A stretch of DNA of 64,000 bases from Octopus vulgaris (Eukaryota): assembly GCA_951406725.2 (NCBI GenBank), contig OX597834.1:9982001-10046000 (forward strand), in the 5' to 3' direction. Position 1 is the first letter of the stretch, and each line of letters begins with the position of its first letter. The translations under genes were made by a program, and so were the position numbers. The notes below the pieces were generated by a model that had not been told where the DNA came from, did no database searches, and was given only the letters and a program-made list of their open reading frames with translations. Positions 41,761-55,243 of the stretch are shown in pieces.

Positions 41761-41939
41761 ATATATATATATATATAAGACTATATATTAAGACTTATAT
41801 AGGACTATGTACTAAGACTTACATAGTTGCTTCCTCTTATAATTTGATTATGGTTTCAAATAATAATGATTACGGTTTTAGCTGTTAATTCACTGCATGT
41901 GAGGCGATAACTACAGGAAATATAGTGAATCTGACATAG

Positions 41940-42105
41940 GTGCTGTTGTAGGTTTGTGGTCACCAGTTTCTTCCGAGCCACATGGTTCCAAGTTTCGTCC
42001 AACAGGGTGGCGCTTTGAGCAAGTATTTTTCTACTAAAGCTTCAGCCCAACCAAATCCACGTGAGTGGATTTCGTAGAGGGAAGCTGGAATAACCCCTGT
42101 CGTAA
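41940..42105 (+). mobile_element. Degenerate SINE family A 5' part
   Basis: ccacatggttcc, gagcaagta, gtgagtggattt.gtag motifs. Confidence 0.6.
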
Positions 42106-42436
42106 AACATTGAAATGCACAAAATGTGTCCACGTTTTTATAAAGTTTAACGATATTCAATAACATTTCGAGTCAGTTGTTACTATTGGTTACACCGGAA
42201 ACATGAAAGACTTAACGAAGCTTGAATTCCAACCTCCGTGTATAAACATCCCGTTTTCATAAAGTTGTAGCGTGGTGCCAATTTGATATTTCCTTGTTTG
42301 TGTGTTTTCATTGTAAACAATCTCTCATTCCGTAGAGTAAACAACCATAGGCACTGCTTACGCTATTTCTGGATGTAATATCTTTAGCGTAACATGCCAT
42401 GACTTTTAAGATAGATGTTTAAAAATGGATTGGATT

Positions 42437-42737
42437 GGAAGCACTCCGTCGGTTACGACGACGAGGGTTCCAGTTGATCCGATCTACGGAACAGCCTGCT
42501 CGTGAAATTAACGTGCAAGTGGCTCAGCACTCCACAGACACATGTACCCTTAACGTAGTTCTCGGGGATATTCAGCGTGACACAGAGAGTGACAAGGCCG
42601 GCCCTTCAAAATACAGGTAGAACAGAAGCAGGAAGTAAGAGTGAGAGAAAGTTGTGGTGAAAGAGTACAGCAGGGATCACCACCATCCCTGCCGGAGCCT
42701 CGTGGAGCTTTTAGGTGTTTTCGCTCAATAAACACTT
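42437..42737 (-). mobile_element. SINE family B, 5'-truncated
   Basis: Reverse complement of family B body and tail. Confidence 0.9.
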
Positions 42738-43334
42738 AGTGTTAAAAATAGAGGGTCAATATAGGAACACTTAATCCAGAGTACCTATAAGCACAACGCA
42801 TCTATCAGTAAGATATTCGATTGCCTATTGACCAAGAGGGTAACAGTTTGTGAAATTAACCAGTAAAATAGTTTCTTGGAAGCATTTTGCAGACTTTTGC
42901 ATCAGTTTTCATTTGTGAAGATTTATAATCGCAAATCATCACAAATCCCAAACAGACATTCCAGGGTCTCTTTGAAAGTGACTGGATTATGTAGGGAGAT
43001 ATTATATACTACACATGCGGTCTGTTAGAATAAGTGTCTTATCTTATAGTACACTATGCTGTCCTTAAAAGAGAGGAACGCAAGCCATATGATGTAAGCC
43101 TAAACGCATAATGCTCACAAAAATAAAATAAAGTCGGGTTTCGAAAGCTGAACGAATTTTGTCGTATACCTGTTCAGCCAAGGCTAAACTTGCTCCGAAA
43201 GCGAAATGGAAGCATATAAACCCATCACAACCACTACCACCACCACCGCCAAACTGATGCAGAAATACATAAACAGATGAAAGACATGAAAGTGTAGAGT
43301 GCTTCCCCTCCGCCTGTTTCCCTTGCTATTTGTC

Positions 43335-43510
43335 TTACACACACACACACATACACACATATAGAATGTATAACGTATACATACATATAATAATAATAAT
43401 AATAATAATAGTAATAATAATAATCATATTTATAATATATACATATATATATTTATGTTTATACATTTATACATGTACTTATGTGCACATATATATATAT
43501 ACACACACAC

Positions 43511-43545
<35 letters not shown>

Positions 43546-44025
43546 CATATATACACATATACATATATATATATATACATATATATAAATATACATATAT
43601 ATATATACATATATATAAATATACATATATATATACATATATATAAATATACATATATACATATATATACATATATATATACATATATATAAATATACAT
43701 ATATATATACATATATATACATATATATATACATATATATAAATATACATATATACATATATATACATATATATATACATTTACATATATATAAACATAT
43801 ATATACATATATATACATATATATATACATTTACATATATATAAACATATATATACATATATATATACATTTACATATATATAAACATATATATACATAT
43901 ATATATATATGCATATATATACATACATATACATATATATATATATATGCATATATACATACATACACACACACATATATATATATGTGTGTGTGTGTAT
44001 GTATATATATTCTTACATACATATG
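43335..44025. repeat. Complex (TA)/(TACA)/(AAT) microsatellite
   Basis: Directly visible. Confidence 0.95.
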
Positions 44026-44029
44026 ATTC

Positions 44030-44644
44030 TTTAACTAACCTTCATTATTCTATGTCGTTCTTTGATTGAAGCATGCAACCATTAATCCCGTTAATCCCGT
44101 GATGCAAACGATCAAGTATAATAAATGTAGAAATTATTAAATATATAAACGATGCGAAAGGAGAAATTTCTAGCTTCCTCCTTTCAAAAGCCATTAATGA
44201 GCACATTATATAATTCGGATCTTTCGGATCGATATCAGGCAGAATATTTTCATTAAGAACATAGTTGAAGCATACAACGATGTGTTACATCTACCGACAC
44301 GGTAATTAATTATATGGGCGGTGAATGTAAGACTGATGTTTCAAGACTTTTAGCCAGTAATCACGTGATGAGGTAAGTCTCGTTTGTACATAAGCGAATC
44401 CAGCTAGCAATATATTTATGTGTGTATATATATATATATAGATATATATCAAGGGAAAGTTTACGAAAATAAACAGAAGACGAAGGCAAGTGGTGTACAA
44501 ACAAACAGATGTATTAGTATAGCGCTCAGGAATAGAAAATGTCTTTTACGTTTCGAGCCTACGCTCTTCTACAGAAAGGGACACAGAAAAAACAAGGAGA
44601 GAAAAAAATGTGAGTAGTGGCTAACGATCTATCATGGCGATATA

Positions 44645-44679
<35 letters not shown>

Positions 44680-46200
44680 GATGGGCTTCTTCCACAGTTT
44701 GTCACCTCCCAAACTGCCATATTTACTCACAAGTCATTACTTGGCCCGGGGTTTTAGTAGAAGACACCTGCGGAAGATGCGTGCAGTGGGAATGAACTTG
44801 GAACCACGTGCTTACGAGGCGAGTTTCTTAATCCCACAGACTTGCCGGTGGAGCAGTCTTTGAGAAGAACACTATGTTTAGATTCACTTAACTCCGCATT
44901 TAAAATCCCGGATTTAAATTCTGCCATTGATGAGTTTACCAATTCTTTACCGGTTTAAATAATATACAATAACCAGAAATTCATTAGTTCTTAATATACT
45001 TACATTCCCTTTAAATTTAGTAAAACCAGGGGTCAATTAAATCCCTTTCTTCCTATTTACTGCAAGTAATTATGTTGTTGATCCTAGCAAGATAAATATC
45101 GAAGCTGATATTTGCGCGATTCGAAATTAAACCGTAATGAGATATAACTAATTAACCTACGTCATTTTGTTAATTCATCACTCTTCTTACATTATAAGAT
45201 ATCGATTGTGGTCATAGGAATGATGCCCAGTGTTGTAGGGATGAATATGAAAGCATAGGAATACTTGCATGGCATCTTACTTCATCGACCTTGGTCGAAT
45301 GAAGGCCAAACTTTGACCTCTGCTGGATTTGACTTCATAACTCAGTACATCATTGAAGTCAATTCTATTGACTCCATCCATTTTTTTTTCCAAAGTTGTG
45401 GTCTGTTGCCAATGTGAGCATTCATTATTTATTTGTTTTGATTATAGTGTATCTATCATAAAGGACAGTAAGGAAGGCTAGATGACTTAACGGTATTAAT
45501 TAAAATGTGTCATGTCCATAGGTCTACGTGCCACGGTTCGTAACATTAACTTTTACACAGAGATGGTCGATAAAAGAACCAATAACACGGTATCGGCGTA
45601 AGCGAGAAATTATCGATCAATAGTATATTCGATTACTTACTGACGTAGAGGTCGATGGTCTGTGAATAATGTTACTAGCTACAATGATGTAGTTTTCAAC
45701 TATATATGTGTGTGCATTAATATATAACATATAACTTCATGCATACATACGTAGTCGCGCTTGTGTGTGTAAATATGTTGCATACATACTCTGACACACG
45801 CCCATAATTAATATGTGTCAAAATAATGTTTGATTAGATACATACTATTATAAATATATATGCATATATATATATATATGTATGTATATATATATATATA
45901 GATAGATAGATAGATGCACGCTTGTGTGCGTGCGTGTTTCTCTAACTAAGCTTCAATCTTCAGCGGTATTCTTAGATAGAAGTGTGTAAGTAATTCCCAA
46001 GAAGTAAGCGATCAAACATAATAAATGTCCAAATTCTTAAATATATAAGCGATGCGAAATGGGAATTTTCTAGATTCCTCATTTTCCAAAGACATTAATG
46101 ATTATATTATACAAATGGAATCGTTCGGTTCAATATTCTGCAGGATACTTTCAATAAGGCTCGAGATGAAACATATATCGTTGAATTAATTACATCTCAC
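44030..46200 (+). repeat. Old diverged direct duplication of ~250 bp (44030-44295 and 45940-46200)
   Basis: cgatcaa..ataataaatgt..aaatt.ttaaatatataa.cgatgcgaaa...tttctag.ttcctc...cattaatga aligns between the two loci. Confidence 0.8.
44450..44640 (-). mobile_element. Short (TA)n-embedded element with variant minimal HHR (44541-44582)
   Basis: Minus strand CUUU-CUGUAGA-a-GAGC-guag-GCUC-GAAA-CG-UA-AAAG. Confidence 0.7.
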
Positions 46201-46395
46201 ACAAGTTAGTAATCAATATACAGATGGAGCCTTGTCGGTATGTATCAAGTATCAAGATTTGTAAGTGTAGATGAAAAAAGAGAGAAGCTGTGCCGAACCT
46301 CACTGGGTGAAGTATGTCTTTCCTTAGCCTGAAAATTTCATTTATCAATTTTTTTTTAACACTGACACCTAGGCATTTGAGCTATTTGACTGGAG

Positions 46396-46854
46396 CAGTG
46401 CTTTTCAAACTTTTTGCTGGAGCGAAACCCCAAGGAAACATTTCACTGGCTCGAGGAACCCCTGTGCAATATATTTCTGTACTACCCACAAGGGGCTAAA
46501 CACAGAGAGGACAAACAAGGACAGACAAAGAGATTAAGTCGATTTCATCGACCCCAGTTCGCAACTGGTACTTAATTTATCGACCCCGAAAGGGTGAAAG
46601 GCAAAGTCGACCTCGGCGGAATTTGAACTCAGAACGTAACGGCAGACGAAAAACGGCCACGCATTTCGCCCGGCGTGCTAACATTTCTGCCAGCTCGCCG
46701 CCTGTGCAATAATTTAATAGTCTTATGCACACATATCTGCACAGGAGAATTAAAAATTACTGCTGATTTTGGTAGTTTTGTAACTTCTTGCGGAAACCCT
46801 GGACTGTACTGGCGGAACCCTAAGGTTCCGCGAAACCCTGGTTGAAAACCACTG
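46396..46854. mobile_element. hAT-type MITE with 8-bp TSD
   Basis: TIRs cagtgcttttcaa / ttgaaaaccactg; TSD gactggag at 46388-46395 and 46855-46862. Confidence 0.9.
46472..46702 (-). mobile_element. Full-length SINE family D nested in the hAT MITE
   Basis: Head ggcggcgagctggcag (reverse complement at 46687-46702); duplication (cc)tgtgcaata on both sides. Confidence 0.92.
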
Positions 46855-47124
46855 GACTGGAGTATCAACATTTTTTAGCAATCATTCGTTTTAGTTTCAA
46901 CGTTATATTATTGTCTATGATTTCTGACCCCTTTTACACGTTTCACGACGGTTCTCGTCGGCACGGAAGAGAGCGCTGCCCTCGTTCTTTTGACAAAACT
47001 ATACACACACGCCAGACAAAAAGAATATCTTGTAGGTACTTCCACCAGAAAAGTTGAATTTGTATCATAAATTTATAATGGATAATTGAAAACATGCATA
47101 ACTTTAGTAGGAACTTTCGTAGGC

Positions 47125-47363
47125 TATACTCTTTACTCTCTTTTACTCTTATACTTGTTTCAGTCATTTGACTGCGGCCATGCTGGAGCACCGCCTTTAG
47201 TCGAGCAAATCGACGCCGGGACTTATTCTTTGTAAGCCCAGTACTTATTCTATCGGTCTCTATTGCCAAACCGCTAAGTGACGGGGACATAAACACACCA
47301 CCATCGGTTGTCAAGCAATGCTAGGGGGACAAACACAGACACACAAACATATACACACACACT

Positions 47364-47397
<34 letters not shown>

Positions 47398-47563
47398 TAC
47401 GACAGGCCTCTTTCAGTTTCCGTCTACCAAATCCACTCACTAGGCATTGGTCGGCCCGGGGCTATAGCAGAAGACACTTGCCCAAGATGCCACGCAGTGG
47501 GACTGAACCCGGAACCATGTGGTTGGTTAGCAAGCTACTTACCACACAGCCACTGCTGCGCCT
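47125..47563 (-). mobile_element. Full-length SINE family A
   Basis: Near-complete reverse complement of the 58761-59163 copy. Confidence 0.93.
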
Positions 47564-48074
47564 ATTTATTTATATATTCATTTTTGTGTGTGTACTCGAT
47601 TTAATCCTTCGCAGACGACAGAAGGAAGATTAAGCGGGCCTCACCGGTTTTGAATTCAAAACATGAATAACAATAGATACAAGATGAATATTTTTTTTTT
47701 TTTTTTTTGGCTTCATGCTCATTCTACAAGACCCAACGGCCTACATTTCAAAAATTCCAGGTAAAACTCCTAGGATTCATAAATTTGTATTGAACTGGTT
47801 TAGTCAGATGGCTAGATTATGCTATTCTTACCTTCTAGTTAGAGAATACACTCTATTGTTGACTTACTGAGAAGTTTATGGGAGAAATGTTGAGTATGTA
47901 AATATGGTTATGTGTTATTAATGGAAATGTTCCCGAATCATAGAAAGGAGAGTGGGTTTTATATATACAGTTAGCAATCTACTTTATGTCGTCAAGTGTC
48001 TTGTATCATGCAATGATATTTCGCGTCACTGCGTCTAAATAATACATCTACGTAATCCTATACCCTCTGTTTAC

Positions 48075-48079
48075 CTACA

Positions 48080-48140
<61 letters not shown>

Positions 48141-48640
48141 GCTTACCTATATATTTATCTGTCTATCTATCTACCTATATATTTGTCTGTCTATCTACCT
48201 ACCTATATATTTGTCTGTTTATCTATCTACCTATCTATTTGTCTGTCTGTCTATCTATCTATATATTTATCTATCTATCTATCTATCTATCTGCTTACCT
48301 ATCTATTTGTCTGTCTATCTATCTACCTATCTATTTGTCTGTCTATCTATCTACCTATCTATTTGTCTGTCTGTCTATCTATCTATATATTTATCTGTCT
48401 ATCTATCTACCTATATATTTGTCTGTCTATCTACCTACCTATATATTTGTCTGTCTATCTATCTACCTATCTATTTGTCTGTCTGTCTATCTATCTATCT
48501 ATGTATTTATCTATTTATTTGTTTATCTATCTATCTATTTGTCTATCTATCTATCCATTTATCTGTATTGCTATCTGTCTGTCTTTCTATCTATATCTCT
48601 CTATCTGTCTACTTGTCTCTCTCTCTCTATCTATCTATCT
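48075..48640. repeat. (CTAT)n-derived complex satellite
   Basis: Directly visible. Confidence 0.95.
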
Positions 48641-49139
48641 GTTTCGGGTTCCTATTTCTGCATATATGATTTTATTAGCCTTCTGGCTTTTTCTGTCCTT
48701 TCCCTCTCATTCATATTAATATATATTTTCCATACATTGTATCATACTCTCACACTCACACACACCACACCACACTCACACACATATCATATATTCACAT
48801 ACAAACCTGTACACACGCATACACGCATATGCATATACACATAAACCTAGCGATGACCAAATAGTTCAAAAGTTTGCTGCACAATTATGAAGAAACAGAT
48901 TCAATTGCAAAATGCATTTCTGTAAGAAAGAGAGTTCTACCATTGAACCAGATTGATCGAAGTGTTGCATACCGTGTTGCGTGTACCTCTCAATTTGGTT
49001 ATACATGTAATACAATTAGTGTAAATTTCTGTTGATCGGACAACTACAATACCCAAACCTGAATTATGAACGAAACTCATTTATATACATTACTAGAAAT
49101 ATGTATATTCTGTAAAACTATAGGATAATGAGCCAATTA

Positions 49140-49353
49140 TACTTTACATATACATACATACATACATACATATACATACATATATATACATACCTACATA
49201 CATATATATACATACCTACATACATATATATACATACCTACATACATATACATACATATACATACATATATATACATACATACATATATATATACATACA
49301 TATATATACATACCTACATACATATATATACATACCTACATACATATATATAC

Positions 49354-49410
<57 letters not shown>
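49140..49410. repeat. (TACA)/(TA) microsatellite with higher-order duplication
   Basis: Directly visible. Confidence 0.9.
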
Positions 49411-49411
<1 letters not shown>

Positions 49412-49592
49412 GTAACAACATAAATGCAGGCAAGGCGGGGGACATAGTACTCGAATACCGAAGGTAGAGTAATATGCTTTTCTTTTTTATTAAACCTGCA
49501 AAAACAACACAAAACGGTTACTCAGAGTATCACATTCCCGTTTATCGAACAGTTGTGACCAAGTTTCTACAACACAACTGTCTTGATCACTA

Positions 49593-49630
49593 CTGCCCGA
49601 CGAACGGGAACGTGAAACTCTGAGTAACAG
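49593..49630 (+). ncRNA. Candidate hammerhead ribozyme in an inverted (fold-back) pLTR-like pair, 49495-49655
   Basis: cugc-CCGACGA-ACG-ggaa-CGU-GAAA-CUC-u-GAG-UA-acag; degraded inverted copy at 49510-49555. Confidence 0.62.
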
Positions 49631-49693
49631 GTTTTGTGATGTTTTTGCAACTTTGATTTTAAAAAAAAGAGTATATATATATGTATATATATA

Positions 49694-50092
49694 TCTTTAT
49701 ATATAAAAGTGAAGTTGTGTGTCTGTCTCCTACGATTTAGATTCCTAACTACTCCCACATTTTGCGGTGCAGTTTAACCAAAACCGGGTATCTTAGAGTC
49801 GTGATTCATATCGAGCCCTTCTGCGTATTAGCGCGCGTCTACGATGAGTCTACGATTTTAAAAATAATTTACCATCATTTTTTTTTCCATTTTAATGCAT
49901 TTTTTCGCTATTATATAAGAGAAGTAACTCCCTAAAATTGTCTACGATGAGTCAACGATTTTTAAAAAATTTACAATAATTTTTTTTTCCATTTTTAATG
50001 CATTTTTTTGCTATTTTTGGGCTATAACTCTCTAAGAATGCTTATATAGTTATTTCCCTTACAAACCCGAGCAACGCCGGGCGATACTGCTA

Positions 50093-50093
<1 letters not shown>
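49694..50093 (+). mobile_element. Non-autonomous Helitron
   Basis: A|TC 5' end, subterminal hairpin cccgagcaacgccggg, CTAG|T 3' end, no TSD. Confidence 0.85.
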
Positions 50094-50139
<46 letters not shown>

Positions 50140-50140
<1 letters not shown>

Positions 50141-50295
50141 TCCGTCATTATATTCTTAGTTCAAATCCTGCCGAGGTCGACTTTGCCTTTCATCGTTTCG
50201 CGGTGTCGATGAAAAAAGTACCAGTCAAGCACTGCGGATGATTTAATCGACTAGTCCACTCCACAAATTTCAAGCCTTGTTCCTACAGTAAAGAG
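50140..50295 (+). mobile_element. SINE family D, partial
   Basis: gttcaaatcc.gccgaggtcgactttgcctttcatc...aagtaccag. Confidence 0.8.
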
Positions 50296-50613
50296 GATTA
50301 TCATTATTATTGCTTCCGTTGTTTTATTATTTACCTTATCGACGCCAATTACATTGCTTCTAAGAACCGTCTGTCTATCGAATAAAAGCAAACAAACAAA
50401 AAAACCCCAAACAAACCCATTTTGTCTATGTATTAACAATCCGATAATTTTCTTTGAGTTACATCAGTAAACAATAAAATTCGTGACGTAAGCTTAACAT
50501 AATTACCTTGTACAGTTACACCTACGCTATATTTATATATTTAAATGGAAATGAAAGTTACCATAATTCTACAAAATAAACGTATGTGTGTGTATGTGTT
50601 TGTCTGTTTTGTG

Positions 50614-50660
<47 letters not shown>

Positions 50661-51078
50661 GAAAAACAAAAACAAACAATAGGAACCGACAGTATAGTTC
50701 TGCTGTCATTATGGCGTCATAACTCTGATAATCAAATTTTCCTTAGTTTCTTTTCCAAATTATCAAAAATATTGACAGTCAAACCTTTTAGAAAACAATT
50801 ATAAAATAAGCATTGTAAGTGCTTAAGCGGTCTTAGTATTGATATATGAAGTCGAATTTACTAATATCTACGTAATTTGTGTCTACTCGTTATTATCATA
50901 ATTCTAAAGAAACGAATTCTTCTGTCAGTAATTTAGTCGAATATGGAAAACATTAAAAGCAGAAGTGGAAACTAGAAACCAGAATATAGTTTTACTGTTC
51001 TTTTCCGTTTGTGTATACGTGAATTAAGTACATTCCAATTAACTTTTATTTACACATGAACATTATATGCTTGTGTAT

Positions 51079-51466
51079 GTGGAGGCGCAATGGCCCAGTG
51101 GTTAGGGCAGCGGACTCGCGGTCATAGGATCGCGGTTTCGATTCCCAGACCGGTCGTTGTGAGTGTTTATTATGCGAAAACACCTAAAGCTCCACGAGGC
51201 TCCTGCAGGGGATGGTGGTGATCCCTGCTTTACTCTTTCACCACAACTTTCTCTCACTCTTACTTCCTGTTTCTGTTGTACCTGTATTTCAAAGGGCCGG
51301 CCTTGTCACTCTGTGTCACGCTGAATATCCCCGAGAACTACGTTAAGGGTACACGTGTCTGTGGAGTGCTCAGCCACTTACACGTTAATTTCACGAGCAG
51401 GCTGTTCCGTTGATTCGGATCAACCGGAACCCTCGTCGTCGTAACCAACGGTGTGCTTCCACCACC
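51079..51466 (+). mobile_element. Full-length SINE family B with TSD
   Basis: Same as the 13428 copy; atatgcttgtgt on both sides. Confidence 0.93.
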
Positions 51467-51569
51467 ATATGCTTGTGTGTGTGTTTGTGTGTGTGTGAGA
51501 GAGAGACAGACAGACAGATTTAGAGAGTGTTTGTGTGTATGTATATTTTTTGCGATTATTTTGCGTAAC

Positions 51570-51776
51570 TTGTATTTGTTTCACTCATTAGACTACGGCC
51601 ATACTGCAGCACCGCCTGGAAGATTTTTTTAGTCGAACAAATCGCTTCCAGTATTTATTTTAAGGCCTGGTACTTATTCTATCGTTCTCTTGCAGTACCG
51701 CTATGTTACAGGACGTAAATAAACCAGCATCGGCTGTCAAGTGTTGGTGGGGGCCAAGAACACAGACACAACGACT

Positions 51777-51808
<32 letters not shown>

Positions 51809-52100
51809 ACACATACACACATACATACATACATACATACATACATACATACATACATACATACATACATACATACATACATACATACATACATACATAC
51901 ATACATACATACATACATACGTACGTACGTACGTACGTACGTACGACGGGATTTTTTTCAGTGTCCGTCTACTGAATCCACTCAGAAAGACTTGGTCGTT
52001 CCGAGGGCATAGAAGAAGACACTTTCTCAAGTTACCAAGCAGAGGAACTGAATCCGGACCTACGCGATTGAGAGGCTAATTCCTTAGCACTCAATCACGC
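51570..52100 (-). mobile_element. Diverged SINE family A with expanded internal (CA)/(CATA)n
   Basis: gcagcaccgcct, tagtcgaacaaatcg, ccagcatcgg.tgtcaag motifs. Confidence 0.75.
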
Positions 52101-52418
52101 ATGGTTGACATTCTTTGTGTATTTTATGAAAGTTCTGAGTAATTGTCAGAAACAGATTGGGATAGAAAAAATATCAAACCTATTGGTGAGATTTAGCGTT
52201 CCATTTCAAGTGCGAATTTCCCTTATGACCATAATCTAATGACAGAAAGAAGAGAAACGGAGTGTATGATACACAATGTGTAGTTTTAAAAACATATTTG
52301 CTTTACTCGAAAACTGTGAGCAAACCGTTTATTTAAACAAAATATCAAACTTAAGGCTATAATTAAAACTAGATATATGAAACACCACTTGTAAATTTAA
52401 AAACATATTCACGTTTAC

Positions 52419-52582
52419 AGGCGCAGGAGTGGCTGTGTGGTAAGTAGCTTGCTTACCAACCGCATGGTTCCGGGTTCAGTCCCACTGCGTGGCAACTTGG
52501 ACAAGTGACTTCTGCTATAGACTTGGGCCGTCCAAAGCTACTTGGTAAACAAGCTACTTACCACACAGCCACTCCTACGCCT
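52419..52582 (+). mobile_element. Fold-back SINE family A fragment (head plus inverted head)
   Basis: aggcgcaggagtggctgtgtggtaagtagcttgcttaccaa ... ttggtaaacaagctacttaccacacagccactcctacgcct. Confidence 0.88.
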
Positions 52583-52774
52583 ACACAAAATACTCTGCGT
52601 CGTTTCATCCTCCTTTACGCACAGAGCCCAAATTCTGCCGAGCTCAACTTTGACTTGCAGCCTTTCTGGGTAGATAAAATGTATACCATGTGAGTAGTTG
52701 GGTTGATATAATCGTCTTATATCCTACCCTGAATTTGCTGGCATTGTACCAAAATTTCAAGGCAATATCTGCAA

Positions 52775-53145
52775 AGGCGCAGGAGTGGCTGTGTGGTAAG
52801 TAGCTTGCTAACCAACCACATGGTTCCGGGGTCAGTGGCACCTTGGGCAAATGTCTTCTGCTATAGCCCCGGGTGGATTTGTGCGTGGATTTGGTAGACG
52901 GAAACTGAAAGAAGCCCGTCGTATATATGTATGTGTGTGTGTGTTTGTGTGTCTGTGTTTGTTCCGCTTGCATTGCTTGACAACCGATGCGGGTGTGTTT
53001 ATGTCCCCGTCACACGGCAAAAAGACACCGATAGTATAAGTACTGGGCTTACAAAGAATAAGTCCCGGGGTCGAGTTGCTCGATTAAAGGTGGTGCTCCA
53101 GCATGGCCGCAGTCAAATGATTGAAACAAGTAAAAGAGTAAAAGA
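52775..53145 (+). mobile_element. SINE family A with small internal deletions
   Basis: Head to tail recognisable. Confidence 0.9.
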
Positions 53146-53252
53146 CAACTCAATTCATAATATAGCATTTGTACGTAATTTTCTGAAAAGACACGAAAGA
53201 CTCTAGAAATATTAAACTCCACAGACGCTTTCTGCGTCGAATTTAGCGCTAA

Positions 53253-53628
53253 CTAGCAGTATCGCCCGGCGTTGCTCAGGTTTGTAAGGGAAATAACTGT
53301 AAAGCATTTTTAGAGAGTTATAGCCAAAAAATAGCAAAAAATGGAAAAAAATGATGGTAAATTTTTTTTGAGAGTAAAAGAAGGTGGAGTTGCGTCCCCT
53401 AGACGGTTTGTGTTTCTGATTCTCGACCCCATGTCGAATTTATCGATTTTTTTCAGAACTGGGGGAACTTTTCAAAATTTTCACTGCGTTAGTTTTGAAT
53501 TATGACATTGGGCTATGTGTGTGTCAAGTTTCATCAGAATCGGTTGAAAGCCGTGGTCAGGGTGAGGGTACAAGCAAACAGACACACAGAAACACGCACA
53601 GACAAACTGCCGTTTATATAGAGAGAGA
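53253..53628 (-). mobile_element. Non-autonomous Helitron
   Basis: Near-identical reverse complement of 60028-60412; TC...hairpin...CTAG termini. Confidence 0.88.
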
Positions 53629-54049
53629 TAAGTCACAACAAAGCAACCGCAGGAGAATCAATGCGCGTTGGTAACCTGCTAGAAATATCAGCGAAACTTG
53701 TTTAAAATGCCACCTACGCATTTTGAAATTAAGTAAACATCGAGAGTGTTGAACTTACTAAATATAAACACGTCTGAGGCTAGCCCTGATAAGTACACAA
53801 CCATCAGTAACAAAAATCCACTTGAAGAGTAATGAAGGGAAGCATTTAAAACAACACTTCTGTCTTAATGTGAACATATGGCGTCATTGTTCGACAACCG
53901 ACCGCTTCGGTTTGTTTTGCAATTTCATGAGGACAGACAGACGTATACAGACACACATGCACACACAAACTTACGTACACACGTACACACCCAAACGCAT
54001 AGGTATGCTCCCCTACGCGCCCCCTATATGTAAGTTTCTATATGTATAA

Positions 54050-55212
54050 GCTTAAGTGTATGTGTGTATGTGTGTGAGTGTGCTTGTTTGTGTGAACGTA
54101 TATATATATAAATATGTGTGCTTGTGTATACATATATTTATATTCACGTGTATAGATATATATGTGTGTGTGTATGTATATATATGTATATATAAATATA
54201 TATATATGTGTATGTTTATATGTATGTATATATATATGTGCATGTTTATATGTATGTATATATATATATATGTATGTATGTATATATATATATGTATGTA
54301 TATATGTATATATATATATGTATGTATATATGTATATATATATATATGTATGTATATATGTATATATATGTATATGTATGTATGTATATATGTATATATA
54401 TATATGTATGTATGTATATATGTATGTATGTATATATGTATGTATGTATATATGTATATATATATATGTATGTATGTATATATGTATGTATGTATATATG
54501 TATGTATGTATATATGTATATGTATGTATATATGTATATGTATGTATGTGTGTGTATATATATGTATGTGTGTATATATATGTATGTGTGTATATATATG
54601 TATGTGTGTATATATATGTATGTGTGTATATATATGTATATGTATGTGTATATATGTATATGTATGTATATGTATATGTGTGTATATATATGTATATATA
54701 TGTGTATATATGTATATGTATATATATGTGTATATATGTATATGTATGTATATGTATATGTATGTATATGTATGTATGTATATGTATGTATGTATATGTA
54801 TGTATATTTATGTATATGTATGTATATATATGTTTATGTATGTATATATATGTATATGTATGTATATATATGTATATGTATGTATATATATATATGTATA
54901 TGTATGTATATATATGTATATGTATGTATGTATATATATGTATGTATGTATATATATGTATGTATGTATATATATGTATATGTATGTATGTATATATATG
55001 TATGTATGTATATATATGTATATGTATGTATGTATACATATGTATATGTATATATATGCATATGTATGCATGTATATATATGCATATGTATGCATGTATA
55101 TATATGTATATGTATGTATATATATATGTGTGTGTATGTATATATATATATGTGTGTATGTATATATATATATGTGTGTATGTATATATGTATATGTGTG
55201 TATGTATGTATG

Positions 55213-55243
<31 letters not shown>

